Notes: generated by a model from the letters alone, not told the origin. 64,000 bases of DNA from Christensenella sp. UBA3217 (GCA_002363545.1 DEWF01000001.1:240272-304271); one strand, 5' to 3'; shown: positions 1 through 10,303, counted from the first letter of the stretch. Numbers and translations are program-made.

Positions 1-1
1 T

Positions 2-1666
2 ACCGAGCTTCCTTATCAGGTGAATAAATCCAAGCTTCTTTTGAAAATCAATGAACTTCGTGAAAGCAAAAAAGAGCCTTATGTGCAGATAGCGGATATT
101 TTGGATGAGTCGGATAGGCAGGGCTTGCGTGCCACTATTAAGCTTAAAAGGGACGCAGATCCCGATAGGATCGTAAAGCTTTTGTTAAAACATACGGATC
201 TGCAAACCAATTTTGGCATCAACATGGTTGTTATTGCGGACGGAAAACCGCGTTTGATGGGGTTAAAAGAGATTTTAAGGTATTATCTTGACTATCAACG
301 CACCTTGATCCAACGCCGTACTCGTTTTGACTTAAATGCGGCAAAGGAACGTGATGAGATCTTGCGCGGTTTGCTCGTTGCTATTCAAAATATTGACGAA
401 GTGATCGCCATTATCAAAGCCGCAAAGAACGTGAATGACGCAAAAGACGCGCTTCGTCAGCGTTTTGCACTCTCCGAAAAGCAAGCAAATGCCATCGTGG
501 AGATGAAGTTGCGCCGTTTGACCAACCTCGAAACCGATCAGATCATAAGCGAAATCGAAGAGTTGCGTATTCAGATCGATAAACTGACCAAAATACTTGC
601 TTCCGCTAGGTTGCAATATCAGGTGATCAAGGAAGAATTGCTGGATATCAAAAAACGTTATAAACGCCCGCGCCGTACCACCATTATGGATGAGAGCGGC
701 AAGGAGATGACTATTTCCGAGTTAAAGCCGGAAGAAGCGGAATCCAAGCCTGTCGTTAACGGCGGTATCGTTCTTTTTAAGAACGGAAATTTAAAGTTCT
801 GCAATCAGCGGACGCTCGGAGCGGGTGGCAAAAACGTTGTGGGGCTGGGCGAGGATGATATCGTTAAGGATATTTGCTACCTCACTTCGGACAAGAATTT
901 CTATGCGTTTACCGATAAAGGAAACGTGGCAAGGATCCTTGCTTCCGATCTGCCCGAGCGCTCGTGGAAGGATAAAGGTATTCCCTTTATTAAGCTTGTG
1001 CCGCAAGCGGATAAGGAAGAGAGGGTGATCGCCTTATTATGTCCGGATGAAAACAAACTGACGCCTGAAAGCAGTTGGATCTTCTTCACAACTGAAGGTA
1101 TGGCAAAACGTACTTTGGCTCAAGAGTACATTGCTTTAACAAAATCTTACTTCCAAGCAACCGTTTTAAAAGATGAGGAAAAGCTCATCAACGTGTGCGA
1201 GTTTGACGCCGGTTCCTCTATGATCTTCGTTACACAAGACGGTATGGTGCTAAATGCCGAATTAACTGACGTTCCGGTGCAGGGCAGACGCTCTTCCGGT
1301 GTAAGAGGTATTCAACTGAACACCGGGGATAAAGTCGTATTTGCTTCCATAATAGACGATATGGGAGAACTCATAGTTGTGACCGAACTCGGCTACGGAA
1401 AGAGAATGATCTTGGCGGAATTTGACGTTTCCAAACGCTATAGAAAGGGAACAAAAGCGATCGATACCGATCTTTCCAGAGGTCCGATCGTGTTCTCTGA
1501 CGTGGTGAAAATGCCGTATATGGTGGCGTTCTTCTATGATGATGGCGATAGCGAGCTCGTGTTTACTGATTTTATAGATATTCAGATGATCTCGGATATC
1601 GGCAGTTATATCCCCTCTAATCGAAACGCGCGTATTATCTCTGCCGGAAAACATAGAACCAACTGA
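2..1666 (+). CDS. Type IIA topoisomerase subunit A (gyrase A / topo IV ParC-like), 5'-truncated by the window edge
   Basis: The frame is open from base 2 (TELPYQVNK motif). LSEKQANAIVEMKLRRLT and C-terminal beta-pinwheel repeats are present. No clear GyrA box. Confidence 0.9.
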   Translation, partial: TELPYQVNKSKLLLKINELRESKKEPYVQIADILDESDRQGLRATIKLKRDADPDRIVKLLLKHTDLQTNFGINMVVIADGKPRLMGLKEILRYYLDYQRTLIQRRTRFDLNAAKERDEILRGLLVAIQNIDEVIAIIKAAKNVNDAKDALRQRFALSEKQANAIVEMKLRRLTNLETDQIISEIEELRIQIDKLTKILASARLQYQVIKEELLDIKKRYKRPRRTTIMDESGKEMTISELKPEEAESKPVVNGGIVLFKNGNLKFCNQRTLGAGGKNVVGLGEDDIVKDICYLTSDKNFYAFTDKGNVARILASDLPERSWKDKGIPFIKLVPQADKEERVIALLCPDENKLTPESSWIFFTTEGMAKRTLAQEYIALTKSYFQATVLKDEEKLINVCEFDAGSSMIFVTQDGMVLNAELTDVPVQGRRSSGVRGIQLNTGDKVVFASIIDDMGELIVVTELGYGKRMILAEFDVSKRYRKGTKAIDTDLSRGPIVFSDVVKMPYMVAFFYDDGDSELVFTDFIDIQMISDIGSYIPSNRNARIISAGKHRTN

Positions 1667-1686
1667 TCCTTATTCAATACATTTTA

Positions 1687-1720
1687 TTACCCGATCGTTC
1701 ACGCGGTCGGGTATTTTTTT
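1687..1720 (+). terminator. Intrinsic terminator
   Basis: TACCCGATCG...CGGTCGGGTA stem followed by a T-tract. Confidence 0.75.
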
Positions 1721-1734
1721 ACACCTTTATAAGG

Positions 1735-1763
1735 TGATATCAAAGGTTTGTCCCACATATACA
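1735..1763 (+). promoter_or_regulatory. SigE-like promoter of the spoIIIA operon
   Basis: TGATATC-N14-CATATACA resembles the sigma-E consensus; spoIIIA is SigE-dependent in model organisms. Confidence 0.55.
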
Positions 1764-1768
1764 TCAGT

Positions 1769-2590
1769 ATGTTGAATGATATTTTACCGAAGCGGGTTTT
1801 TAATTTATTGCCAAAAGAAGTGACGGAAGTGCGTGTGCGGCGGGACAAGCCTCTCGTTTATTATACAACGCAAAAGAAGGTCATGACGGAATGCTTGATC
1901 ACGCAAGCGGAGTTTGATTATGTGCTTTCTTGTGTGACGGAGCGTTCGTTATACGCGGTGACGGAAAAACTGGTTTGTGGTTTTTTACCATTGAAAGACG
2001 GCCTTCGAGTCGGAATAGCAGGAGAAGGGGTGGCGGAGGGTGAAAAGATCAAAACGGTAAAGCATATCACTTCTCTTTCCATTCGCATTCCTCATCAAAT
2101 TTTCGGAATTGCAAATTTTCTTGGAATTAACGGATATTTCAAGAAAAACGTTCTTATTGTTTCACCTCCTGCGGCTGGCAAAACCACCCTTTTGAGGGAG
2201 ATAGCACGCACCATTTCCGACACCGGACAAACGGTTGTAATTCTGGATGAAAGAGGAGAGATCAGCGGTGTTTGCGGGGATTCTTTTTCTTTAAAAATAG
2301 GGAAAAACACAGACGTGCTTTTCGGGTTTCCGAAGCGCATCGCTTATGAAAACGCATTGCGTGCATTGAACCCCGATTATTTGATAACGGACGAGCTATC
2401 GGGGGAAAAGGATGTAGAAGGCGTTTTACGTGCATATTACGGAGGAGTGAAAGTGATAGCCACTTTACATGGAGCGTCTTTGGACTGTTTCCATGGTGTT
2501 TTTGAGCCGTTAAAAAAGGTGTTTGATCATTTGATCCTATTGTCAAAAGTGCCAAGAGTAGGCACTGTGGTAGAGGAGGTGGTACTATGA
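1769..2590 (+). CDS. spoIIIAA: Stage III sporulation protein AA (ATPase)
   Basis: Walker A SPPAAGKTT, ILDERGEI and ITDEL motifs; first gene of an 8-gene cluster; start moved to ATG 1769. Confidence 0.9.
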   Translation: MLNDILPKRVFNLLPKEVTEVRVRRDKPLVYYTTQKKVMTECLITQAEFDYVLSCVTERSLYAVTEKLVCGFLPLKDGLRVGIAGEGVAEGEKIKTVKHITSLSIRIPHQIFGIANFLGINGYFKKNVLIVSPPAAGKTTLLREIARTISDTGQTVVILDERGEISGVCGDSFSLKIGKNTDVLFGFPKRIAYENALRALNPDYLITDELSGEKDVEGVLRAYYGGVKVIATLHGASLDCFHGVFEPLKKVFDHLILLSKVPRVGTVVEEVVL

Positions 2591-3042
2591 GTTATTCATC
2601 TGTCTTCGCCGGGCTTTGTTTGATCCTTTCGGCTTCTTTTGTCGGATTGTGGATCAAAAAAAGAATGTTCCTCAAGGCTGCATTTTATGAGGACTATTAT
2701 TCATATCTTCTTTTTGCAACCGAAAAGATCTCCTATGAACGAATGCCCGTAGGTGAGTTGATCGCCGCTTTTACCAAGGGGAACCAAAGGGAGTTTTCCC
2801 GCTTTTTAAAGGGTGAAAAAACTGTTGTTCCTGTATCGGAAAATGCCACGCGTGACATATGCGAGTATCTTAACGGGATCGGTAAGACTGATGCCGAAAC
2901 ACAGATCGCTTCCCTTAAAGGGAAGGCGGCAGAAGTAAAACGTTTTGTGGAGACCGAATGTGTAAAGTACCGAAAGGACGGGAATTTGTATTTTAAGCTC
3001 AGCGTGCTTGTTGGTGCCGTTCTGTTTATCATTTTCGTGTGA
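2587..3042 (+). CDS. spoIIIAB: Stage III sporulation protein AB
   Basis: Operon position, terminal TM segments, GIGKTDAETQ motif. Confidence 0.8.
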   Translation: MSYSSVFAGLCLILSASFVGLWIKKRMFLKAAFYEDYYSYLLFATEKISYERMPVGELIAAFTKGNQREFSRFLKGEKTVVPVSENATRDICEYLNGIGKTDAETQIASLKGKAAEVKRFVETECVKYRKDGNLYFKLSVLVGAVLFIIFV

Positions 3043-3049
3043 GGTGATT

Positions 3050-3247
3050 ATGGATATAGGAGTATTATTTAAAATCGCAGGGATAGGTTTGCTTGCGGCG
3101 ATCATCAATACCATTTTACGTAAAAGCGACAAAGAAGAAATTGCCACCATCACAACTTTGGCCTCTCTTGTGATCGCTTTGGTGATCGTACTTGATATGA
3201 TCGCTTCGCTTTTTGAAAATATCAAATCGATATTTAACCTTTATTGA
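3050..3247 (+). CDS. spoIIIAC: Stage III sporulation protein AC
   Basis: MDIGVLFKIAGIG, 65 aa, GAGGTG RBS. Confidence 0.9.
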   Translation: MDIGVLFKIAGIGLLAAIINTILRKSDKEEIATITTLASLVIALVIVLDMIASLFENIKSIFNLY

Positions 3248-3250
3248 CAA

Positions 3251-3634
3251 ATGCAGATCGTAAAAGTGGTCGGAGTGGGGTTAATTGGGGCTCTTGTTGC
3301 CGGAATGCTCCGACAGGAAAAATCGGAACTCTATATCGTGGCTGTTATCGCAGGGAGTGCCTTGATCTTAGTGATCGTTCTTTCCTCTTTAACGGAAGTG
3401 ATCGCGCAATTCGGCATTTTGGTAGGCAAAAGCGGGGTGGATGAATCCCTTTTTGCCGGTGTGTTAAAGATCATAGGCGTTGGATATATCACCGAATACG
3501 CCGCTGCGCTTTGCACCGATTTTGGCATCACGAGCATTGCCAATAAAATGCAACTTGCGGGAAAGGTTGCTATCTTTTTTATGACCATGCCCATTTTGAC
3601 CAATCTTGTGAACGTGATATCCGCTATGTTATGA
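3251..3634 (+). CDS. spoIIIAD: Stage III sporulation protein AD
   Basis: LKIIGVGYITEY...C.DFG...IA.KMQLAGK pattern; operon position. Confidence 0.9.
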   Translation: MQIVKVVGVGLIGALVAGMLRQEKSELYIVAVIAGSALILVIVLSSLTEVIAQFGILVGKSGVDESLFAGVLKIIGVGYITEYAAALCTDFGITSIANKMQLAGKVAIFFMTMPILTNLVNVISAML

Positions 3635-4821
3635 AAAAGTTTTTAGTGGTGTTGTTGCTTGCTATCGTGCTATTCACATTCGAGGAAACGCAAGCGGAAG
3701 CCTTTGCACAGAGCAAAAGTGAAGAAGAAGTGCAGGCGGAGATCGGTTCGGAGATTGAAAAGTATATTGAATCTTTGGATCTAAACGAATTCGATCGATT
3801 CTTACAAAGCGTGGATCTTCCCGATGGGATGCAAAACACAAGCGTAAAAGGTCTTATTTCTTCCTTTGTGGAGGGGAAGGTGCCCCTTTCGCCACAAGGT
3901 TTTTTTAGCTATTTGGGAGAAAAAGCATTGGGTGCACTCAGCGGCACGTTAGTCACCCTTTTAACGGTCGTGATCATTGCGGTAATGAGCAGTATCCTTT
4001 CAGGATTGACGTCCGGTTTTGTGAAAAAACAAACGATAGACGTGGTGCATTTTGTCTTTTATGCGCTGGTGGTGACCATCGTTATGGTCAAAGTGGCATC
4101 TATCATTACGGAATGTAAAAACTTTTGCTTATCGGTGAATAAATTCAGTGAAACGATCTATCCGCCGCTCATCACCTTGATGAGTGCTCTTGGGGGAAGC
4201 GTTTCCACTTCGATCTACAAGCCTCAAATAGCCTTTTTCAGTGTGATCATATCCAAAGTGATCGGAAACGTGATCTTGCCGTTGTTTATTGCCACAATAG
4301 CCTTTTGTTTGATAGGGAATTTGTCCTCATCCATTAAAATGGATAAAATACAATCGGCAATACGCTATGCTTCCACCTTGATCGTATCTTGTGTTTTCGG
4401 GTTGTTTATGACGTATTTGACCATAGCGGGCATTACGGGCGGTATGGTGGACGGGGTGGGAATAAAGGCGGCAAAATTCGTGCTTTCGGGATATGTTCCC
4501 ATCCTTGGCGGCTATCTTTCCCAAGGGTTTGACCTTATAAGTGCAGGCTGTGTATTGATCAAAAATTCCATCGGAATGATCGGTATTATATCGGTGCTAA
4601 TTATGATCTTTAAGCCGCTTTTGCATATTACGATCTTTTCCTTTTCCTTAAAGATCGTGGCGTCTCTGATCCAGCCGCTTGGGGATAAACGAATATCGGA
4701 TTTTCTGTACTCGGTATCAAACGCTACCAAAATTTTGGTCACAGCAGTGTTGGGGTCCGGTTTTGTGATGATCCTCACTTTGATCTTGATGGTAGTCACT
4801 TGCAACGTGGGTGTTTTATGA
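3631..4821 (+). CDS. spoIIIAE: Stage III sporulation protein AE
   Basis: Polytopic membrane protein with YVPILGGYLS...V.IKNSIG; operon position. Confidence 0.9.
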   Translation: MKKFLVVLLLAIVLFTFEETQAEAFAQSKSEEEVQAEIGSEIEKYIESLDLNEFDRFLQSVDLPDGMQNTSVKGLISSFVEGKVPLSPQGFFSYLGEKALGALSGTLVTLLTVVIIAVMSSILSGLTSGFVKKQTIDVVHFVFYALVVTIVMVKVASIITECKNFCLSVNKFSETIYPPLITLMSALGGSVSTSIYKPQIAFFSVIISKVIGNVILPLFIATIAFCLIGNLSSSIKMDKIQSAIRYASTLIVSCVFGLFMTYLTIAGITGGMVDGVGIKAAKFVLSGYVPILGGYLSQGFDLISAGCVLIKNSIGMIGIISVLIMIFKPLLHITIFSFSLKIVASLIQPLGDKRISDFLYSVSNATKILVTAVLGSGFVMILTLILMVVTCNVGVL

Positions 4822-5273
4822 CGGGGTGGATCATGAGCATCGTCGGTATGGTACTTACCGTTACCATGACCGAGATCATGCTTCCGGAAGGGCAAACCGC
4901 AAAGTATATAAAGGGAGTGATCTCTTTGATGGTGGTTTACGTTGTGATAGCACCGATCCCTTCTTTGATTCGATCAAAAATCGACATAAATTCTTTCTTT
5001 GACTTTTCTTCGGGGAGTTATGAATCCGATCAAGCCTTCATACAAATTATCAAAGAGGACAAACAGTCCGCGCTGTCACAGCAGATGGAGCGCATTTATC
5101 ATGCAAACGGGTTTACGCAAGCCAAAGCTTCCGTGCTGTTAAATGAAAAATCCGAAGTTGTGGGCGTTATCGTTTCGGTAAAAGGTGAAGACGTGGATGC
5201 GGTATATAACCTTACCAAACAGTATCTTGGGGTGAAGGAGGAACAAATAGTGATCAATGAGATTTGTACGTGA
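4818..5273 (+). CDS. spoIIIAF: Stage III sporulation protein AF
   Basis: MTGWIMSIVG...EIMLPEGQTAKYIK; ATGA overlap with AE. Confidence 0.8.
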   Translation: MTGWIMSIVGMVLTVTMTEIMLPEGQTAKYIKGVISLMVVYVVIAPIPSLIRSKIDINSFFDFSSGSYESDQAFIQIIKEDKQSALSQQMERIYHANGFTQAKASVLLNEKSEVVGVIVSVKGEDVDAVYNLTKQYLGVKEEQIVINEICT

Positions 5274-5676
5274 GTTGAAAGATCGTATCACAAATAGCAA
5301 ATTGATTAAAAAAATACGTTCCGCTAAAAACGCAGAAATCGTTGTAGCTTTGATTTTTGCTTTGATCGCGGGGGTCACTTATTTTGTAATAGCAGCCAAA
5401 ACTTCCTCAAATAAACCTACCGCAAGTATGGCACAAAATGGAAAGATGACGGAGGAAGAAGAACGACTTGCCGAGCTGATCTCCGATATCTCGGGCGTAG
5501 GGAAAACAAGGGTACTTATCACAACGGATAACGGCAATGAGGTGATTGGTGTTGTGGTGGTTGCCGAGGGCGCGAAAGATATGAATAATCGGGTAAAAAT
5601 GATCCGTTGCGTGGAAAAGGCCACCGGTGCTACGGTGGACAAAATAGAAATATTTGAAATGGCAAATGGAGGGTAA
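5257..5676 (+). CDS. spoIIIAG: Stage III sporulation protein AG (short form)
   Basis: EERLAELISDISGVGKTRV and VIGVVVVAEGA motifs. Confidence 0.85.
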   Translation: MRFVRELKDRITNSKLIKKIRSAKNAEIVVALIFALIAGVTYFVIAAKTSSNKPTASMAQNGKMTEEEERLAELISDISGVGKTRVLITTDNGNEVIGVVVVAEGAKDMNNRVKMIRCVEKATGATVDKIEIFEMANGG

Positions 5677-5680
5677 AAAA

Positions 5681-6175
5681 ATGTCAAACAAAAAGAAAAT
5701 CATAATTATTTGTTCCATGGTGGTATTGCTTGTTGCCGCAGCTTATCTAAACGTGTTGATCTCGCAAAAAAACACGGGGAGTTTGGCTGTTGGAAAGATT
5801 ACGGATGAAGCATCAACGACGGTTTCCTTCTTTACGAGTTATCGCAGTGCAAGGGATGCTTCCAGACAGGAGACCTTTATGTATTACGATTCTATCATCA
5901 ATTCCGAAACCGCTTCAGCCGCCGCTGTCACCTCGGCAGAGGGTAAGAGAGAAGAATTGGTTGGATTCAGTGAAACCGAACTCGTTTTGGAAGGGCTTAT
6001 CAAAGCAAAAGGGTTTGAAGACGCCGTTGTGACTATTTCCACAAGCAACGTAAACGCCATCGTGAAAAAGGAAGGGGAGATAGATTCAAACGATGCCGCC
6101 CAGATCCTTAATATCATCACTACCGAAACGGGGGTAGCCGCAAGTAAGGTGATCATCACGCCGTACTCTGTCTAA
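5681..6175 (+). CDS. spoIIIAH: Stage III sporulation protein AH
   Basis: N-terminal TM, FFTSYRSARD...R, LIKAKGFEDAVV. Confidence 0.85.
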   Translation: MSNKKKIIIICSMVVLLVAAAYLNVLISQKNTGSLAVGKITDEASTTVSFFTSYRSARDASRQETFMYYDSIINSETASAAAVTSAEGKREELVGFSETELVLEGLIKAKGFEDAVVTISTSNVNAIVKKEGEIDSNDAAQILNIITTETGVAASKVIITPYSV

Positions 6176-6194
6176 GTCAAAATACGAATCGCAT

Positions 6195-6224
6195 AGGGGG
6201 CTTTTCATAAGCCCTCTTTTTTTT
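6195..6224 (+). terminator. Intrinsic terminator after spoIIIAH
   Basis: AGGGGGCTT/AAGCCCTCT stem plus T-tract. Confidence 0.75.
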
Positions 6225-6309
6225 CAAAAGCGGATAGGAAATAAATTTTAAATTTATTTGCCGCTTGAAATATCCGTTTAATTTGTGTTATACTTTTATC
6301 GGAGGGAAT

Positions 6310-6630
6310 ATGATCGAAGACAGCAGATATGAAGAAACCATTGCATCCATTGCCGCCCAAGCCGCTTTGAAGGTGGAAGGCGTGGCATCTCTTTCCGATG
6401 CGTCCGCCATGCGTGGCAAAACCCAAAAACGCCAACCAAAAAGTGTAATAGTTGAGCGCAATGAATCGGTTGTTCGCATAGACGTATACGTGAATGCCTT
6501 TGCAGGGGTATCCGTTCCCGATATGGCGTATGATATTCAGCAAAACATTACGAAAGAAGTGCAGGCACAAACGAGTTTTAAAGTATCGGCAGTCAATATC
6601 AACGTGGCGGGGATCGTATTTAATCAGTAG
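6310..6630 (+). CDS. Asp23/Gls24 family protein
   Basis: IASIAAQAALKVEGV...AYDIQQNI...VNINVAGI; canonical position upstream of nusB; GGAGGG RBS. Confidence 0.85.
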   Translation: MIEDSRYEETIASIAAQAALKVEGVASLSDASAMRGKTQKRQPKSVIVERNESVVRIDVYVNAFAGVSVPDMAYDIQQNITKEVQAQTSFKVSAVNINVAGIVFNQ

Positions 6631-6632
6631 TT

Positions 6633-7055
6633 ATGAGCAGAAAGAACGCAAGAGAAACTTTATACAAACTCGTATTTGAATTTTTATTTTCCAAAGAGGT
6701 CAACGAGCAAACCGAAACACTTTTGCTTTACGATGCAACCTTGACCGATGATGATAAGGCATATATCCGCAATTGCTATACCGGCATTGCGTCCCATTAT
6801 GATGAACTTTGTTCATCTATTCTGAAATACACTACCGGCTATTCCTCGGTGGATAGGCTTGTTAAGGGTGATTTGACCGCTATGCTTATTGCTACATACG
6901 AGCTTATATATTGCTCCGAAATACCTGCAGGCGTATCCATCAATGAGGCGGTGGAACTTGTGAAGCAGTTTAGCACAAGCAAGAGTAGCGGCTTTGTAAA
7001 CGGTGTGCTGGCGAGTATTAATAAGGAGGTTAGAGGTAATGGGGAAAATCATTGA
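6633..7055 (+). CDS. nusB: Transcription antitermination factor NusB
   Basis: SRKNARE; VSINEAVELVKQFS...FVNGVL. Confidence 0.92.
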   Translation: MSRKNARETLYKLVFEFLFSKEVNEQTETLLLYDATLTDDDKAYIRNCYTGIASHYDELCSSILKYTTGYSSVDRLVKGDLTAMLIATYELIYCSEIPAGVSINEAVELVKQFSTSKSSGFVNGVLASINKEVRGNGENH

Positions 7056-7893
7056 CGGCAAGGCGATCTCAAATGCCTTGCAAGAAAGGCTCAAAGAGCA
7101 GGTGGCTTATTTTTCAATGACGGTGGGAAGAAAACCAAAGCTCGCCGTTATCATGGTGGGAGATGATCCCGCGTCGCAGGTTTACGTTCGCAACAAGATC
7201 CGTGCATGTGAAACGGTGGGTATCACATCCGAGGCGTATAAGCTTGCCGAATCAACGGAATCTTCTTATCTGGAAACCTTGATCGCGAAACTGAATGAGG
7301 ATCGCGACACGGACGGGATTTTGGTGCAATTGCCTCTTCCCGCTCACTTAAACGCAAAAAAGATCATTCCTTTGATCGATCCCAAGAAGGATGTGGACGG
7401 TTTTTCCGCCGCCAACATCGGTGCACTTTTGCTGGATGATAAAAGCGGATTGTATTCTTGCACGCCGCTTGGTATTATGCAACTGATCTTGAGTACAGGC
7501 ATCAATCTTACCGGCAAGCATGCCGTTGTGGTGGGAAGGTCAAATGAAGTTGGAAAACCCATTGCGTTGATGCTTTTGCAACACAATGCCACCGTTACCA
7601 TTTGCCACAGCAAAACGGAAGATTTGGCCGCTGTTACGAGAACAGCAGACGTTTTGGTTGTTGCGGTTGGTAAAAAACATTTGATCACGGCAGACATGGT
7701 GAAAGAGGGTGCTGTGGTCATTGACGTAGGTATCAACCGTGATGATGAAGGAAAACTTTGCGGTGACGTGGACTTTGCGGGTGTTGAACCTAAGGCAAGT
7801 TATATTACTCCCGTTCCGGGCGGCGTCGGCCCCATGACCATCGCAATGCTTATGACCAACACATTGAAAGCGGCAAAACGGAATGTTCAATAA
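7039..7893 (+). CDS. folD: Methylenetetrahydrofolate dehydrogenase/cyclohydrolase
   Basis: YVRNK, GILVQLPLP, KDVDGF, ITPVPGGVGPMT. Confidence 0.96.
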   Translation: MGKIIDGKAISNALQERLKEQVAYFSMTVGRKPKLAVIMVGDDPASQVYVRNKIRACETVGITSEAYKLAESTESSYLETLIAKLNEDRDTDGILVQLPLPAHLNAKKIIPLIDPKKDVDGFSAANIGALLLDDKSGLYSCTPLGIMQLILSTGINLTGKHAVVVGRSNEVGKPIALMLLQHNATVTICHSKTEDLAAVTRTADVLVVAVGKKHLITADMVKEGAVVIDVGINRDDEGKLCGDVDFAGVEPKASYITPVPGGVGPMTIAMLMTNTLKAAKRNVQ

Positions 7894-9061
7894 AACGTTA
7901 TCGGTTGAAGACCTAAACGGATATATTCGCTCCATCTTTCAGGCAGAGGAAATGCTGCATGACGTTTCTGTATTTGGGGAAGTATCGGGCTTTAAGATCA
8001 GTGGCCCGCACGCTTATTTTACAATAAAAGGGAAAGAGGCGGCCATTTCTTGTAATCTTTTTCAATACAAACGCACCTATGTTCCCAAAGATGGGGATAG
8101 CGTGATCGTAAAAGGAACTCCCGATTTTTATGCCAAAACGGGAAAGCTTTCTTTTAACGTGGTTTCGGTTCAGCCGGTAGGCATTGGTGATCTGCACGCG
8201 CAACTCGAACAATTAAAAGCAAAACTTTTGAAAGAGGGGATCTTCGCTCCCGAACACAAAAAAGCTATTCCGGCTTTTCCGTTTGAGGTGTGTGTGATCA
8301 CAAGTAAAACTGGCGCTGTTATTCGCGATATATACAGGACGATACGCAACGTGAACAACACCATCAATATTCACGTTTATAACGTGAGAGTACAGGGCGA
8401 GGGTGCAGAAAACGAGATCGCACACGCTATTCAAAGAACCGATGGTAAATATGACGTGATCATCGTTGCAAGAGGTGGCGGTTCCTTTGAGGATCTTGCG
8501 CCTTTTAACACCGAGATCGTTGCAAGAGCCATATATAACGCAACCACGCCTATCATTTCCGCAGTAGGCCATGAAACGGACTTTTCCGTATCTGATCTAG
8601 CCGCTGATTCGCGTGCAGCAACCCCCACCGCGGCAGCACACATGATCGCCTTTGATGAAGCCGCTTTAAAGGAAACTGTTTTTTCTTATCTAAGCAAAAT
8701 GGGTGTATCCGTTCAGGATAAACTGAAAGCATCGCAAAGTGATCTAGTTGCCGTTACCAAGTCTTTGTCTTCTTCGGCTCGCCATATTACAGACCGCGCG
8801 TTTATGTCGGAGCAAGCGGCAATCAACAGGATGATGGGTGCGGCAAAGGTGTTTATTACAGCAAAAGATGGCGAATTGGAAAAAGCGCTCATTGCTTACG
8901 GAGCGGCCAATCCTCTCGCCAGCATCGAAAAAGGGTTTTTCGGGGCAACAAAAAAAGGGAAGCGTATTACCTCCGTTCAAGAGGTTGCCGTTGGGGACGA
9001 TCTTCTCTTGATTGCTAAGGACGGCAAGATCTTAACAGAGGTAAAGGAGATACAAAAATGA
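7883..9061 (+). CDS. xseA: Exodeoxyribonuclease VII large subunit
   Basis: IVARGGGSFEDL, ISAVGHETD, RAATPTAAA. Confidence 0.95.
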   Translation: MFNKTLSVEDLNGYIRSIFQAEEMLHDVSVFGEVSGFKISGPHAYFTIKGKEAAISCNLFQYKRTYVPKDGDSVIVKGTPDFYAKTGKLSFNVVSVQPVGIGDLHAQLEQLKAKLLKEGIFAPEHKKAIPAFPFEVCVITSKTGAVIRDIYRTIRNVNNTINIHVYNVRVQGEGAENEIAHAIQRTDGKYDVIIVARGGGSFEDLAPFNTEIVARAIYNATTPIISAVGHETDFSVSDLAADSRAATPTAAAHMIAFDEAALKETVFSYLSKMGVSVQDKLKASQSDLVAVTKSLSSSARHITDRAFMSEQAAINRMMGAAKVFITAKDGELEKALIAYGAANPLASIEKGFFGATKKGKRITSVQEVAVGDDLLLIAKDGKILTEVKEIQK

Positions 9062-9279
9062 CGTTTGAAGAAATACTGAACGAGTTGACCAAAATATCCG
9101 ATTCCTTGGAAAACGGGAATCTATCTTTGGAAGAGGGCATTGAGATCTACAACAAAGGGTTGGAGCTTTCCCAAAAGGCCATTTCCATTTTGAAGGAAAG
9201 CAAAGGGAAGATCACTCTTCTGAATGATGAGCTTGGCAAGCTTGCCGATATGGCTTTTGAGGTGGAAACCAATGATTGA
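9058..9279 (+). CDS. xseB: Exodeoxyribonuclease VII small subunit
   Basis: MTFEE...LE.G.LSLEEGIEIY.KG; follows xseA. Confidence 0.92.
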   Translation: MTFEEILNELTKISDSLENGNLSLEEGIEIYNKGLELSQKAISILKESKGKITLLNDELGKLADMAFEVETND

Positions 9280-10213
9280 AGACGTTCTTAAACGTTTTGC
9301 GGAAAAGTTTGATAAAGATATAGAGCGTGAGATGAACGCTCTGCGAGGTGGAACGCTGGTAAACGCTATGCGTTATTCCGTGCTAGGTGGCGGGAAACGT
9401 TTGCGTCCCTTTATGGTGCTGCTTGCCGCAGAAATGGGCGGGCTTACTTATGACGACGTGTTCCCCCTTATGTTTGGTATTGAACTTGTGCATAGTTATT
9501 CTCTTGTGCATGATGATTTGCCTTGTATGGATGACGATGATTACAGAAGGGGGCGCAAATCCACTCACGCTGTGTATGGGGAAGCTATGGGTGTATTGGC
9601 AGGTGACGCACTTTTGAATTATGCGTATGAATACATGCTTGCCAATGCGGTTAAAGCCAAAAACGTTGGCGGCTATATCACAGCGATCAGTTGCATTATG
9701 GTGCGTGCAGGATATATGGGTATGCTTGGCGGTCAAAGTTACGATATTGATGAAGAGATCAAAAAGAACTTCAAACGCGATGACTTTATAAACATGTATT
9801 CCGGAAAGACGGGCGCGCTTTTCCAGGCGGCGCTTGGTGCGGGCGCTTTTGCCGCCGGATTATCCGAACAAGATATCCTTTCACTTTTGAAATGCGGCAA
9901 TTATCTGGGAATCGCTTTCCAACTCAAAGACGACCTTGATGATCTTACACAAGACCAAAAAGGGGTGGATCAAAAGGAGAAAAAGCCTTGCTTGACTATG
10001 ATGTCCACCTTTACAGAGCAGTCGGCAAGAGAGTATATCGAATTGAATCGTGACGTGGCAATAGACGCAGTTTCCGAGATAAAGGGTTCGGAAAATATTG
10101 TATCGTTTATCAAAGCACTTTTATCTTTCCCTGCGACGGAACAAAAAAAGGGTGAGAAAGATACCGAAGAAAAAACGGAAACTGAGCAAGGGGAACAAGA
10201 TCCCAAGCAATAA
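9272..10213 (+). CDS. ispA: Farnesyl/geranyl diphosphate synthase
   Basis: GGKRLRP, HDDLPCMDDDDYRRG (FARM), FQLKDD; acidic C-terminal tail. Confidence 0.93.
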   Translation: MIEDVLKRFAEKFDKDIEREMNALRGGTLVNAMRYSVLGGGKRLRPFMVLLAAEMGGLTYDDVFPLMFGIELVHSYSLVHDDLPCMDDDDYRRGRKSTHAVYGEAMGVLAGDALLNYAYEYMLANAVKAKNVGGYITAISCIMVRAGYMGMLGGQSYDIDEEIKKNFKRDDFINMYSGKTGALFQAALGAGAFAAGLSEQDILSLLKCGNYLGIAFQLKDDLDDLTQDQKGVDQKEKKPCLTMMSTFTEQSAREYIELNRDVAIDAVSEIKGSENIVSFIKALLSFPATEQKKGEKDTEEKTETEQGEQDPKQ

Positions 10214-10267
10214 AACATATTACCGCGTTCGGTTGGTGGCGTAATAGCCTTTGCACAACGGAATCGG

Positions 10268-10296
10268 TTGTAATTTATAAAAAAGTATGTTAATAT
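10268..10296 (+). promoter_or_regulatory. SigA promoter of the OLE-oapA operon
   Basis: TTGTAA-N17-TAATAT with an extended TG; the predicted TSS (~10303) matches the start of the RNA closing stem. Confidence 0.6.
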
Positions 10297-10303
10297 AATT
10301 TTA

